From Octopus sinensis (taxonomy: Eukaryota): a stretch of 64,000 nt of DNA. Location: the NCBI RefSeq assembly GCF_006345805.1, contig NC_043004.1, positions 89,962,001 to 90,026,000 of the forward strand, in the 5' to 3' direction. How positions within the stretch are numbered: the stretch's first letter is position 1; every line of letters starts with the position of its first letter. The position numbers and the translations under genes were made by a program. Below are positions 11,545-25,537 of the stretch, in pieces. A model generated the notes under the pieces. That model was given only the letters and a program-made list of their open reading frames with translations. It was not told the DNA's origin and did no database searches.

Positions 11545-12944
11545 CACACACCACACAGATACCTCTATGTGAGTTTGTGAATATATGTATATGTGTATGG
11601 TGAATTTCCAGTGTCAGTGATGGGAATACAGTAGTTCAATTAACTAAATTATCTACTCTTGAATTAGCATGTAAGCAGCTGAGCATTCCACAGACATGTG
11701 TATTGTTAATATAATTGTCAGCCAGATTTGGTGTAACACAATGTTTGAAATTTAGGTCAACTCACCTGACTGAGTCAATGTCATCCCAATTTCAATCACA
11801 AGCTACAGGTTATTGTGTGGATACAGAGAATGACAATTGCCCAAGATGCCATGCAGTAGAATTGAACACAGGACCTCATGATTGCAAAGCCAACTTATGT
11901 GTGCATATAAATGTGTGTTTATAGATATATAAATATTTATGTAGATACACTCATATGCATATTAAGAACACATTTATGTTTAAGCTTGATCCTTTTTTAT
12001 TTAGGATTTTAAATATTATTTTACTAATCTTTTGTTTGATTCGGTATAATGTTCCATTGGTCCTACATTGCTAAGCTTCCACAATCTCATTTTAAAATTA
12101 AACGGTTGTGATGGCACACATTTTAAAATCAAATGGTCATGATGGTCCATGCATTCTGTGATAAGTCGCAAAGGGTCTTGGGGATAATTTCATAACTGAT
12201 AAAATCTTCAACATTGGATTTAAAATTACATTATAGTAGATCTTGGTAGATTTCATGATTTTAAACATGTTTTTTTTTATGGATGATGTATATGGAATGA
12301 ATTTAGGTTTGTGTTTTTCTGTTAGTAAAGCTTCAATAGATACTCCTCTCATCTTCTTTTGTGTGTGTGATTCTATGAAAAAAATGGTAGTGCTGTCAAT
12401 TAGTATTTTCTATCCAAGTTTATTTTGCATACTGCATTATCATGAGTTGCATTGGTTCCTTAGTGCAAATGCATGTTCAATCAACATTTGTGGTTTCATG
12501 TGAATAAGGTTATGATTCATCCTGGTATTATTGTAATGTATTGTAACTGTAAGTTTGTGCTGAGTTGTCACATAGATTGCGCTCTACTTTATAAATTTTT
12601 TTAATGATATATTGATCAATTTTAAAATCAGAGCGTATCTGGTTCTTGTATATCATATTTTCAGTTTGTGTAGTTTTAGCAGTACAATGAGGAACATTAC
12701 CCAACCAGACACAAAGGATTAATAAAGAACTATTAACAATTATGAAAAAAGACCAAGCTTGAACACATTCATGTTTTCAATATAACATGTTGGAAAGAAG
12801 AGCTATTTCCTGTTTACACAAGTACACACATAGCTATAGGCAAATCAAGAGCAGGCCTTATAGCCCACATGTTAGCTTACCAGAGATGATTTCTGAACGG
12901 AACAGTCAACATCAAACAATAATGGACAGCCAATGATGACAACA

Positions 12945-12982
12945 ATATACACATATATACACACACACATTTATATATATAT

Positions 12983-13029
<47 letters not shown>

Positions 13030-13281
13030 ATATATATATACATTTATATATAAGTATATGTAATATATACGTGTGTGTATATATATATATATATACACAC
13101 ACGTGTATATATATATATATATATTATTTATATATATATATGTGTGTGTGTGTGCGCAAACATATATACATTAAATGCATACCTATATTTGAAATACATG
13201 TGCACACATATTCATAAACATACATGTGTATTTATATCTATGCATTTAAACTTATGCATACACACACATATATATATGTAC

Positions 13282-13325
<44 letters not shown>

Positions 13326-13420
13326 GTGTGTGTGTATGTATGTATGTAAGTATGTATATATATATATAATATATATATATATATATACACATATATATAC
13401 ATATATATATACATATATAT
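12945..13420. repeat. Compound (TA)n/(CA)n microsatellite downstream of the KLF6/7 stop
   Basis: Long dinucleotide runs 230-700 nt 3' of the stop codon. Confidence 0.9.
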
Positions 13421-13651
13421 AAAAGTAAAGAGAGGTGGAAGGAGGATAAGGTATGCATATAATTGTACTTATGTGTGCACACATATCTATAAACAATTGA
13501 TTTGATAAGAAAAAGTAAATACAGCTATACTAGAAGAAAAAATATCACAGATGTGTTAGAAGCCAAATTGCTGACACCCAAGTAAATTGCAGCAGTCGGC
13601 AAAATGATGATGTTTTCAGTGGATATAATAAAATTATTGCTAGTGCAGGGG

Positions 13652-13839
13652 TCAAAGTTCAGCAGGTGGATGTCTCTTCATATGTAATGCCAAATGATCA
13701 GATCGCGAAAAGCAACGGTCACAGTACTTGCATTGAAAAGGTTTAGCACCGGTGTGTTTGCGGTAATGTCGTGTGAGCTCATCAGACCGAGCGAATCTCC
13801 ATTCACATCCCATCCATGAACACTTGTATGGCTTCTCCC
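13652..13839 (-). CDS. KLF6/7: Kruppel-like factor 6/7, last coding exon: zinc fingers 2 and 3 and stop
   Basis: Acceptor ttttgcAG (13841-13840) then GG completes the Gly codon begun at 36589. Reads [64 protein letters not shown] at 13654-13652. The GAKPF linker and [12 protein letters not shown] are typical of KLF6/7. Confidence 0.95.
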
Positions 13840-14055
13840 CTGCAAAAGAAAACAAACAGATGATGTTTTGTTTATATTTCAAATTACAAGAATATGCTGC
13901 TAGAAAATTTTTTTAACATTTCTGAAAATTAATTTTTTTGATAATATATTAAGTCGACAGAACATAAGCGGAACACAGACAGTTTGATTAACAGTAGTGC
14001 AGTAAGTTCTTGGGTATAGCAAAATTTTACAAATACAATAAATGCATATATATAT

Positions 14056-14477
14056 CCATTTCTTTACTACCCACAAGGGGCTAAACACAGAGAGGACAAA
14101 CAAGGACAGACAAACAGATTAAGTCGATTATATCAACCCCAGTGTGTAACTGGTACTTATTTAATCGACCCCGAAAGGATGAAAGGTAAAGTTGATCTCG
14201 GCGGAATTTGAACTCAGAACGTAACGGCAGACGAAAGATGAAATACCTATTTCTTACTACTCACAAGGGGCTAAACACAAAGGGGACAAACAAGGAAAGA
14301 CAAACGGATTAAGTCGATTATATCAACCCCAGTGTGTAACTGGTACTTATTTAATCAACCCCAAAAGGATGAAAGGCAAAGTCGACCTTGGCGGAATTTG
14401 AACTCAGAACGTAACAGCAGACGAAATACCGCTTAGCATTTTGGCTGGCGTGCTAACGTTTCTGCCAGCTCACCGCC
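14056..14477 (-). mobile_element. SINE family B, head-to-tail dimer with ~14-bp TSD
   Basis: Full unit 14245-14477 followed by a headless second unit; flanks aatgcatatata(ta)tc on both sides. Confidence 0.85.
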
Positions 14478-15084
14478 TTTAATGCATATATATCATCATC
14501 ATCATCATTCCCATGGCCAGACATGATTTTGCAGAATAACGGAAATGAAAGACACTATTTTATGACAGAATAACCCATTTTTAACTGTCAAATGACGTCA
14601 AGACAAGGAGACACAAATGTATACACACGCATGCATGCACATACACACACATACACACATACACATGCAAACAGATACATATACAATGGGCTTTCTTCAA
14701 AGTGTTACACAGTAGACCTGAGCTGGAAACTATATGGTTGGGAAACAAATAGGGTTGTGCCTGCGACACATACATTGAAAAAGAAGAATTACCAATCAAT
14801 TAACAATATGAATGTGTATATTAATACATTTTCTCAAAGATTTATCTCCTCTTGTCACTATCTTTTCACTCTGCTTCTCATTCCCACCTGCAACCACCAT
14901 AGAAATGCTTGACTTATATTAAGACCTGCCTCTTTTTTTTTCCTACTACTCCTTCTCCTCTATTCCAGCCCCATGTCCCTATTGGAGGAGTTGAGCAATA
15001 GTATCCAGTATCTGCTTGTTTAACTGTTATGCCTGTGCAATCCCCTACCACCCTGATCAGTCTTTCCACCCCATCTGCAACCTT

Positions 15085-17460
15085 AGAGTTGGCATAGTCA
15101 ATGTAGGCACATTGAAAGATAGATCTGGTGAGATAGCTGAAATGCCAGAATGGGAGTATGCATTCAAAAAGTAAGGTGGAAGGGAGCCTCAGCTAGGTTC
15201 ATCAGCGGCAAAATACATAGGTATAAACTCTTCTGGGAGGGCAATAGTGATAGTTAAGTTAAGTTAATTTTTGGCTCAAAAAGTAAAAAGCAAGGCCATG
15301 TAGGGGGACATGGAGTTATGTACAGGGAGGGTGGTCATACAAAGAGTTCAGGCCATTTCTGGTCAAGAGAGACTTTGAACTGAGCGGTCATCGGCATCTT
15401 CACTATCTCGTCCGGCAGCTTATTCCACGGATCCGCAACCCGGACGTAGAAAGCCCCTCTCCTTCGATTGAGATGAAATCGTCGCAGATAGAGCTTTTCG
15501 AAGTGACCCCACAGCCGACGCTCTGGAGCAGGAGTGAAGAACAGCTCTTTTGAGAGGTTACACTTTCCGCTTATGATGTTGTGAGCAAGAATGAGATCAC
15601 CACGGTGTTGTCGTTTTTCTAGAGAATAAACGTCGAGCGTCTTCAGCCTTTCTTCATAAGACAAATGCTTGAGACCAAGAACCATGTGGGTAGCCAGCTT
15701 CTGGACTCTTTTGAGATGATGTATGTCTTTGAGGAGATAAGGAGAAGAGGCTTGAATCCCGTACTCCAATATGGGTCTCACCAGCGTGACATAGAGCGGT
15801 AGGAATATGGCTGCTGTGATGAGATAGGTGTGGCCATACTTTTAGCTGAGAAATAGGTAGATAAGGTGATTGTGATAATCAGAGTGTGTGACGGGATACT
15901 TATACTTTGGTTAGTTTTGCAAAGTAGAACAACAACTATTATTTCAGTCTGTGCTCCTCAACCAGGACTGCCAAACGACTTAAAGGAGTGATTTTATGAT
16001 ACCCTTTTGCAAACTACCCCAGTGGCAAATGATAGTCACCTAATCTTTGTGGCTGGTGACTTCAATGCGCATGTAAAGCAGCATCCTGATGTGCATGGTG
16101 GTAGAGGAGGTGGTTCATGAAATGAGGAGGGATCAAAGTTATTGAAGTTGTTTGATGCAAATGACTTAATGAGCTGTAATACTAACTTCAAGAAATCAAC
16201 CAGTCTCCTGATCACCTATCAATCTTTTGGCCACACAAGCCAGATCAACAATGTTCTCACCAGAAAGTGGGATATATGGTTGCTCTTAAATGCATAGGCC
16301 TTCCTAGGTGAAGAATGTGCTCTCAACATAGGTTAGTCATTAGCTAGAAGTACCTCATGAAGCAAACCAGTCTAGAAAAGGAAGATTTGGAATCTTAAGG
16401 ATCCTTTTAATAGTCAAAGATTTAGAGACATCCTAACTGAAGCATTCAATGAGAAAGAGGAGAAGATAAAGACATATAACATGGAGGATAACTGGAAGTT
16501 GCTTCAAGATAGCCTACTAAGGACCATAGACTAAATTTGTGACTGGTGCAAAGTTCCAACTAAACATGGTGGTGGAATAATGAAGAAGACAGTGTCATAA
16601 GAACAAATAAATAGGTATAGAAACACTAGAAGAGTGGGAGTAGCAGAGAACTATACTGAGTAGCTAGAAGAGAAACTAGACAACAGGTATAATTAGCTAG
16701 AGGAGAAGTAAGAAGGAAGAAGTTTGTCAACGTTCGGCAACATGAGGACCAGAGGCATTGAGATGTTGCAGATTGTCAGACAGTGTATCAGAGAAAATCA
16801 TGATTTGGTAGGAGAGAAATGTAACAGGCTTGGAAGTGTCAACGTGGGAGGCTGCTAAATGTGGAGAATGCATGGGAAAGAGGGAGTCTTCCTAATGTGG
16901 ACCCAAAAGAAGGACCAACTATCAGAGTTGACAGCTACATAATAGTTAAGGTAATTAAGAATATGAAAACAGGGAAAGCCAGTGGCCCATCAAGAATACC
17001 ACTGAGATGCTTAAGATATCTGTCAGAGTGGGGTGCAGCCTAATCCCCCATCTAGTTAATCAGATCATTCAGGAAGGGGTCATACCCAACGACGATGGAG
17101 CAGTGTCAAAGTCAACTGCTACAAAGGTAAAGGGAATACTTTAAACAGAAATAATTACAGAGGTATCAAATTATAGAACTTGGTCATGATAGTTACAAGA
17201 AGTGTTATAACTCAACTAATTAGGAAGAGTGTTAACCTAGATGAGATGCAGTTTTGTGCTAGAGTGAAGCACTAGTGGTGCTATCTTCATAGCAAGGTAA
17301 CTACAGGAGAAGCATTTAACAGGATTTCTTACACCCTCATCTAATGGTCACTGCAGGAGCTAAGAATAGATGAGTAGCAGCTGAGAGCCATCCAAGCCAT
17401 GCAAGGATACTGTCAGTAAAGTGAAAATCAACAGTGAGTTTAGCAACAAATTTAGTGTGC
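15085..17460 (+). mobile_element. Decayed RTE LINE (endonuclease to RT), interrupted by a CR1 insertion
   Basis: Remnants VNVGTLK, FVAGDFNAH and KNMKTGKASGPS with many stops. Confidence 0.75.
15252..15815 (-). mobile_element. CR1-clade LINE 3' end with (TTAAC)n tail
   Basis: ORF 15335-15781 (RPILEY...RVQKLAT...SYEERLK...RGDLI...WNKLPDEIV) matches the CR1 ORF2 C-terminus; gttaagttaagttaa tail at about 15252. Confidence 0.85.
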
Positions 17461-17819
17461 AGGTAGCTAGTGTAAAAAGGCAGCAAAAGCACTCATCTGA
17501 GCCAATAGTATTTCTTACATTGCTGCTGAGTAGAGGAATCCTAGATCAACAGTCAGGATCACCCAGCTCTATCAAGAGAGTTACTGCAACACACCATGGT
17601 TGTGTAATCAATTAAAGAATGATTCATTATGACTCAAGTCCCCAATTCAAATTCATACTGCATCACTTGTCACGTGGGTAAACAAGGAGAGCATTATGTT
17701 GAGGTTTCAACTCCAGCCTTGGTGTCCAAAAAGTCAGCTATGGAGTCAACACAAAAAAACACAAAATCTTAGATGTAAACAAACAGTTGACATTTCCACT
17801 TTTCATGCTTCAGCTCTCA

Positions 17820-19010
17820 GCAACTTACATCATTTACCTGAACTTACATCACTAGCAGCCTCTCAAAATATTGACATTATCTGTATTTAAGAGCGTCACA
17901 TATATCATGAACATTTTGATCTCAAGTATCAAGATTATGGAAAAGGATGGACTATGGTTTCAGCAGCATCATGGAAGAATTCAATCAATTAAATAACAGG
18001 AGATATAGGAATGTTACTAAGTCCTCACACAATGAAAGCTTTAAACTGTATTAAAAAAGTTAACGCTAGAATTATTGTAGCAATATTTAACGGTAATCCA
18101 AAACTCACAATCATTTCACATTACAGCCCACAAATATCTTACTCAATGAAGAATTTTATGGTGGCCTTTCAAATATAACTAGAGACATGACCAAACATAA
18201 TCTCAAAATAGGCAGTGGAGATATGAATGCACACCTTGGAAGATCTTATGTACAGATGCCTGCCTCATCCACTTGCAAATAGAAATGGAAATTCCTTAGA
18301 TGAATACATAAAACAGTAGGAACTCATTTGCCTCAACACAAAATTTCAGAAGAGAAAAGGAAAGCTCCTAACGCATAATAATTCAAATGGTACTAAAGCA
18401 CTGCTAGATTCTTATAAACAGTAAATGGATTAATAGTGTTATAAATTATGAGGCTTAAAATGCTTGCCATAGTTTCACCTCTGAACATAAAATGTTTGCA
18501 GATGAGATTCAACTCAGCCTTCAGAAAAAATAAAATCCAGAGAACAACTGCAAAAATTATGATTTTGGCTGCTCTTAGGAATCCAGACATTTGCAAATGA
18601 TAAACCATGTTAGTGAGAAATAGCTTTAGCTCTCCCACTTTCAAATATTCAATGAAATAACACTGAATGCAAGATACAAAATTTTCATTAAGGCATATAA
18701 AAAAAGGCTGCAGAAGAACATAATCAAATAAAAAAGAAAGTATGTTCCATAGGAAACAAACTAAGAGATAAGACAAAAGTGACAGTTAAAAAAGAATAAA
18801 ACATCCACAAAAAAGTTTTGAAAGATCTATCTGATACATAACTGGCAGTTCAAAAAGAGAATTTATTCAGCAAAAAACCACACTAGTTCAATCAGCTGAA
18901 AATAAACAAACTATTAATGGAATCAGAAGAAAAAAAGATCAAATACCAGCTGAGGTATGAACAACCAAACAATTTAATGATATTCTGCAATGACATATAT
19001 AGCTAAAACA
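17820..19010 (+). mobile_element. Decayed RTEX/RTE-type LINE (endonuclease region)
   Basis: ELTSLAASQNIDIICI*E matches the endonuclease motif IDIICIQEHR; GDMNAHLG remnant near 18220. Confidence 0.6.
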
Positions 19011-19159
19011 ATATAGAAACATGAATTAAGGGCTGTAACTTCCCTTTCCCCTAAAAAGGGGTTCTTGGTGTAGCAAAATACTTACAGAAGAATAATGCTT
19101 ATAATAATAGCTGCAAAATTTTATAACTCTATGCTGCTTAACCATATAAACATCCAGAA

Positions 19160-19281
19160 ATTTCGGGGTCAATAAATTAAGTACCAGTTACGCACTGGGA
19201 TCGATGTAATCGACTTAATCCGTTTGTCTGTCCTTGTTTGTCCCCTCTGTGTTTAGCCCCTTGTGGGTAGTAAAGAAATAT
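19160..19281 (+). mobile_element. SINE family B, 3' half
   Basis: ttcggggtcaataaattaagtaccag...gtagtaaagaaata. Confidence 0.8.
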
Positions 19282-19294
19282 ATATATATTTATA

Positions 19295-19460
19295 CGAGGG
19301 GGTACCCAAAAGTAACCACAAACGTTCTCTATGGGACAAGCCCATTGTAGTTCAGGCTTCCACCACTAGAAGTCACTTGATGCAACTCTTTGGTATCAGT
19401 CTGCTGACCAGTGTTGTACTGCTATATAGTGAGTCTTTGTTTTGCAGTGCTTCCCCCTTG
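19295..19460 (+). mobile_element. Mariner-like left end
   Basis: TA followed by CGAGGGGGTACCCAAAAGT, resembling mariner TIR starts; no matching right end seen. Confidence 0.4.
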
Positions 19461-20144
19461 GTTGTTGATTTTTGCATATCACTCTCAGTACATGTTTTGT
19501 GGACATGGTAAGCCAATGGTTGTTCTGTGCATTTGCCATCTGATCCTGGCAGAAAATTTTCTCATTTGAAAAAGCCAAAAGCATGTTCGGTTGGAGAGGA
19601 TGCTTGTGTTTGTTTAAAAGCTTTGTAGCATAGCCTTTCCTCTTGTCCTTGATGGCTTAGGATAAAAATTGGCACTTGTTCACCTTGTATGAGGAATACA
19701 GAATGTTGTCATGCTTTACCAGCCTGATAAGAAAATCAGACACTCCCATGTCCCAGGCAATGGACCTGATTGATTTGGAGGGACATGGATCTCACCTACA
19801 AATTTAGGAGTTCTTTTTTTATCAGAATGATCAGAGAGAGTTTTCCAAGCTGCAGTACCTTCATAATCACTATTAGACACATCTAACTGTTTCCGAATCC
19901 TCTGCATTGTCCTCATATTGACAGCCAAACACTCTGAAATGTTCACATTGGAGCTTCCAACATGAATGCCAAGCAGTGCAGCATGTCGTTTCCAAATTTA
20001 TGACAGAGTGAATTGGTGCTGTTTTTCTCACATACGGTGCCCAACTGACCCTACTATAATGTGTAGTCGACAAAATCAAAAATAAACAATCCACATGTGC
20101 AAAATTAAAAATATAAAATGGTGACAATTTACCCATCACACTCT
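19460..20144 (-). mobile_element. Tc1/mariner (maT/DD37D-like) 5' part with decayed transposase
   Basis: HTH-region remnant NISECLAVNMRTMQRIRKQL...KRTPKFV and catalytic-region remnant FSNEKIFCQDQMANAQNNHWL (FSDEK-like); left end gagtgtgatgggtaaattgtcacc. Confidence 0.7.
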
Positions 20145-22199
20145 TTATATATATACATATATACACACACATACACAGGGTATTCTTCCATTTTATATAG
20201 ATAGATAGATAGATAGACATACACACATATATACCCATACACACACATACACACATATATTTGTATATACATATATTAACATCTATAAATGTCTATATAA
20301 ATGGTGCAGCAATAACTTATTAGCAACTCATCAAATAAACATTTAAAGCTGATTTGAGAGAACATTTTTACTTTTCAAAATGACAGGAATCTCTGGGATG
20401 AAAAATGATTGATTATAACAGTAAAACAGACATTAAAAGCAAATTGAAACTGAATTAAAAAATGAATAATACAAGTCTAATGTTGATTCTATAATTGTGG
20501 CTTCTTATACATGAAAATAAGACCTTATCCATAAATAACCGGAATGATTATAATTATAATAATTGAAGCTATAATAATAACATTGATGTCACTGTAGCTA
20601 ATGCTAATATTAACTGTTCTGATAACAATAACAGCATTTCTAACTATAATAGCTCTTCTAATATCATATGACTGAAGCCAAAAGTAAAATATAAATAAAA
20701 TTTTACCTTGGCATTACTTTAATATCAGCATCAACACTACTACTACCACTACTACTACTACTACTTGTCCTAATAATAAAGAGATTTTAGACATTCATTT
20801 AAAAGTAATATTGGAAGAATTGGAAGAAATGGAAACCAAATATAAAAAAAGGAAAAACCCATAATATCAATAATAATAACATTAATTCTTTCTTCTATAA
20901 GCACAAAGCCTGAAATTTTAGGGAAGTGGGCCAGTTGATAACATCGACCCCAGTGCTCAGCTGGTAACTAGTTTAATGACCTTGAAAGGCAAAGTTGACC
21001 TTGGCAGAATTTAAACTCAGAACATAAAGATGGGTGAAACATCATTAAACATTGTGTCTGGATGCCAATGATTCTACCAGCTGAATAATAATATTAACAA
21101 CAACAATAATTATGTTAATAGTATTGATATTACTGATAATAGTGTGATGAATCACAATACTGATAATAAAACACCAATACTAATGATAATTTAACATATG
21201 ATACAAATAATTATAATTATAGAGTACTCAATAATTGCTCTCTAAGTGTCATTGCTTACAACATAGCTTAGTTCATAAAGATGACTGTTTATGCTAAGCA
21301 CCAGAATTTGACTAAAATATGCACTGGGTCTTTCACTGATTTCAAGAGGTGATACTGAGCTTATGTTAGCTCATTTTCTAATATCAAAAACAAATCATCC
21401 ACTGCATCATCAAATTATATCCATCACCTCAGGGCTAGGAATATTTCCTATTAGATTACCTGGTCTATTATTAAAGCTGGAAGACCATATCAAGGTAGCT
21501 GCACTGCATGCAATTTGTGCAGTAAGGAAGTTTGGGGGATATTATGGGAAAATTGGAATTTTCTCTTGAACAGACAGGAGAATGCAATTACTTTGCTTCA
21601 AATCACACTTAAGTGAGTGGAATTTATGAGTTTTCTGTTTTGGCACCAGTACAGGATTGGTGGTGCTTCATACACTGGTCAATGTAGAGTGGACTAGGAT
21701 ATGTTGACCAAGGAGGGAAAATAGGCAGAGAGAGAAATGACTGCAGCAAGTCCATAAGTGGGTGAGGATAGTAATTGTATAAGTGCAGAAAATACTCAAT
21801 AATCTAGGGTATGTACCATTGCTCAGATGAGCAACAGAGTGGATTCGAAGAGAGAGAAATGACATCTGAAGAACCAGGATGTAACATTTGGTTATATTAG
21901 CAACTTCAGATACAAAACCAGAAATTTCTATGGCCTATCCAAAATAAACAAAATAAATCTGTAACACTTGTAAAAATTCTAAAACTGAATATATTAAAGT
22001 AACATTTTCAATTTCAGTTACCAGATTACACTGAATAAACTTCATTGTTGATGGACTGAGGTTCACATTGCAAAGCAATTATTTCAAAATGAATGACTCA
22101 ATGTACTGACAAATATCAGGAAGAGAGATAGGTACTAAAGTTACCCCCATGGGTTAACATGAAAAAATGTACAATAAATTGCTAGATATTTGAAAACAC

Positions 22200-23250
22200 A
22201 TTTTATACATATTTAAAAGACAAATGGTAAAGATATCTATCTAGATGACTGTTACATTTATGGCAGGGTAATCTTGATAAACTTATGGAATTTGAAAAAT
22301 CTCATTAACAGCATCAACCATAATATTGAATTTATGATGAATTTCAACTAGAAAAAAGTGCCATTTTAAAATATTTTGATTATGAAAACGAGTGAGAAGA
22401 TAGAAGCAAATCCACTAAAATCCTTCTCTTCATGTCATGTCACCCTAAACATACATGAAAATATTTCTTTCAATTTTGAAAAAAGAATTTGCACAATAGT
22501 ATCAAATCCTTCAAAACGTAATCAAAGACTGGAAGAATTAAAGAACATATTTATTCAAAGAGCATTTCTATTGAGTCTAATTACAAATGAAATAGAAAAA
22601 GCAAAATGTATATATTTTCAAGATTTAAGAAAGATAAAAAAAAGTAGTGCCATATGTATCTACATATAACTCTTGAAGTACTAAAATATTTGACCACATT
22701 TATAAAAACTTGCTTATTTTATATGAATATCAAAAAATCTTTTAAAAGTTCTAGAAAATCAATAAATCATCAATAGCAGAAGACAACCCAAGACATTGAA
22801 AAATGTTATTATTAGCTTGAAAATTCATGAACGAGTTTCCAACATCTCCTTCTCTGTAGCATGTGGAAGAGGAAATTGTGCTACATACATAAATTTAACT
22901 AAAGGCTCAGAGTTCAAGTTTCCGGATAGATAAACCTTCAAACTAAAAGAGAGCTTACTTGCAACTCTAAGAATTTAATCTGTGTAACAGCATGTCATGG
23001 ATGTCAGGAAAACTACATTGGACAACCCAGATTATTGCACAGACAACACATTAATGATAAGAAAATTCCAAAATTTCTGTTTAGTGACCATGTAATAACA
23101 TTTGCAGGAATGAATCTACTTAATTTAAAATTATTTCCAATTTATAAATGTTCATATACAATTACAGAACAGCAATGAATAAATGAAGAAAAAATTCATT
23201 TAAAAAAACAAGTTACACTTAAACATTTGATAAATAATCACTTTGAAGAC
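22200..23250 (+). mobile_element. Penelope-like element remnant (RT thumb plus GIY-YIG)
   Basis: NISFNFEKRICTIVSNPSKRNQRLEELK and LTCNSKNLICVTACHGCQENYIGQ (about 22957-23026), a GIY-YIG signature. Confidence 0.75.
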
Positions 23251-23419
23251 CTTGTTACAAAACATTGTTTACAACTGTTCAACTAGTGATAATAAGGATA
23301 GTAATGAAATCGCTGACAAAAGGAGTGGGTAGTAATAATGACAGTAATAGTTAGGATAATGATGGGGTGGGCAGTAACAATCATTATTATGATAAGGATG
23401 AAGTGGGGACCCTATGATT

Positions 23420-25500
23420 AGAAATTTCATTCACGGTTGCTGCTGTCCTGTTCTGGGGAAGAAGTATGTTTAAATATTTGCAGACTGAACTTTTTTGCTT
23501 GAAAGCAGGGGGAAAATGTCTTCTCTCTTGAATTTAGCATGTTAGTTGCAGGTATGATGCTCAGTTTTACAGTTATACATAGATTATATTTTGTGCCCCT
23601 TCTGTTATGGGCACTTGCTTTTGCTAAAATGCTCCACTTGATGGCAGGAATATTTATACCATTGTCCTTTAGATGCCAGATATACTTGGATAGAGATGTA
23701 GAATTCCTCCCACTACTGTTACAGAACATGTAAAAGTGTTGCATGAAATGGGCCTCAAAGATGTATTTTGTGAGCTCTATATATGATTTTGCAGTATCTC
23801 CATTGTATAGAACTTTGGTCTTGTAGAAGATCTCTTTTGTGAGGCACCAATTATCTAGTGGACATTGCAACCAGTTTCTACAATCTCAGTCTTGTTGAGT
23901 TGGATTCAAATCATTAGTATGTACAGTCCTCTTATTATCTTAATATCTATGACACTGTAATATACTGAGGCAATTATAACTAACCTTGACTGTATTTTTA
24001 TTGAATATTTAGTGGTATCTGTGTTGACTGGAGAAGTACTTTCTTATAAGAGAGAAGGAGCATCTTGCAGTGTTGGTTGTTATGCTGAAACTGTAAGATG
24101 GATTAAACCATATTATTTTTCTGGTTCTGGGTTTACTTTTCTTGATGGAAGCAGTCTCTAAATACCTAATTTTGCTGGTGAAGGCATATCTTTTCAGCAT
24201 ACTGTTGTAATACGGAAGCTCTATTGAATATTTCCCTATTTGAAGACAGGTTAGAAATACATCTACTTACATTGTCAATTATATATATCAAATGATGTTA
24301 GATAGGTGGTTAGAGCCTTTGTTGATGTAGATATTATTTTTGTTTGGCTTATGATATGATCAGTGTAAGTCATTGCTCGTTCACCATTCAGGTTGGTCAT
24401 GAATGTTATCTTGAGGCCAAACTGTTTGAAAATACGTTTTTAATGATTTCCTTACTTTATCCACATCATAGCTACAATGAGTTTTGACTATATCCAGTTT
24501 CTTATTGCGATACAGTGTCCAACAAGATTTGCAATTTCAGTGCCATCAAAGCTGCCCATGGAGATGTCAAAAAGCTCATCTCCATACTTCTAACCCAAAA
24601 ACGGTTATCATAGAATAACTGTGATTTTCTGTTGTTAAGAATAGCATTGATGTCTAGTTCCAAGATTAAGGTATAATTTTTTTACTAAAAACAAGTACTT
24701 GGAGTAGAAGGTTTCAGGATATGGATGGGTAAAATTCTATAATATTAAACTGTGCTAATCCTTGAAGTTATTGAATCATCTAATAGTGCCATTACTACAG
24801 TTCTATTGTTTGAAGTCAGTGGACATTCTGATTTTGGCATTGATATTGTCAAGTATACTCTTGCTGATCTTTCCTGGTTCACTCTTCATAGGATTAATGA
24901 GTCTATACTTGAAGTAACTGATGAAATTGACTTTGTGGTCTGGCAATAGAAATGCTCTACTCTTTTATGTCCATATATGGTACTAAGCATTTAACCTTGT
25001 TATTAATCTTGTTGTAAGTACTGTAGCTGCTGTTCTTTTTTTCTTTTTGTATATGCTTCTGATGTTACTGAGCAGAAGTGAGTCATAATTCTGACTAGTT
25101 TATATATAGATATTTTTGTTTTGTTGGCCTATACAAAAAGGTTACTGGAATTTTTGAAGGGGAGATGTTCTTTTAACTCATATTGGAAATTGTTAGAATG
25201 GCTTACTTTTTTTTATGAGATTGATAAGGTCTGTCTCAAATGGTTGCATGTTCTTATTATATGGTGGAGTTATGATTTACAAGAGTAGAAAGATATCTGA
25301 TGTACTTTAATCAAAAAGTATGCTTTCCATTTCATGCATATTAATATACTTTGAGTTTTTTCAATGAGACTTTTTATATATAGGTTTGAGGGTGACATGT
25401 CAGTGGTCTCCAAAGAGTGTGCAACTAGTAAACTTAAGCTGAGAGTTGGTTTCACAACTCAAGTTTCATGCTGCTGCGGTCATCAAGCAAAACTAACAAG
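23420..25500 (-). mobile_element. Penelope-like element remnant (Neptune-type RT plus GIY-YIG)
   Basis: FDISMGSFDGTEIANLVG (24518-24572), RKIIWFNPSYS, and CPLDNWCL...SYIELT...NSTSLSKYIWHLK...KWSILAKA (ORF 23427-23870). Left boundary well supported, right approximate. Confidence 0.82.
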
Positions 25501-25537
25501 TCTTGGAATTGTGTATATATATATATATATATATATA

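Noticed and set aside
12137-12660. Short ORFs and possible LINE-like peptide scraps downstream of the KLF6/7 stop
   Set aside because: Motifs are weak and in the wrong order for an L1/Tx1 C-terminus; cannot be distinguished from UTR sequence.
13840-13882. N-terminal part of ORF 13652..13882 ([14 protein letters not shown])
   Set aside because: Intronic polypyrimidine tract upstream of the acceptor at 13841-13840.
21862-21910. CUGAAGA plus stem upstream of the plus-strand PLE remnant
   Set aside because: A stem II-like helix is present but the GAAA core is missing; at best a dead hammerhead.
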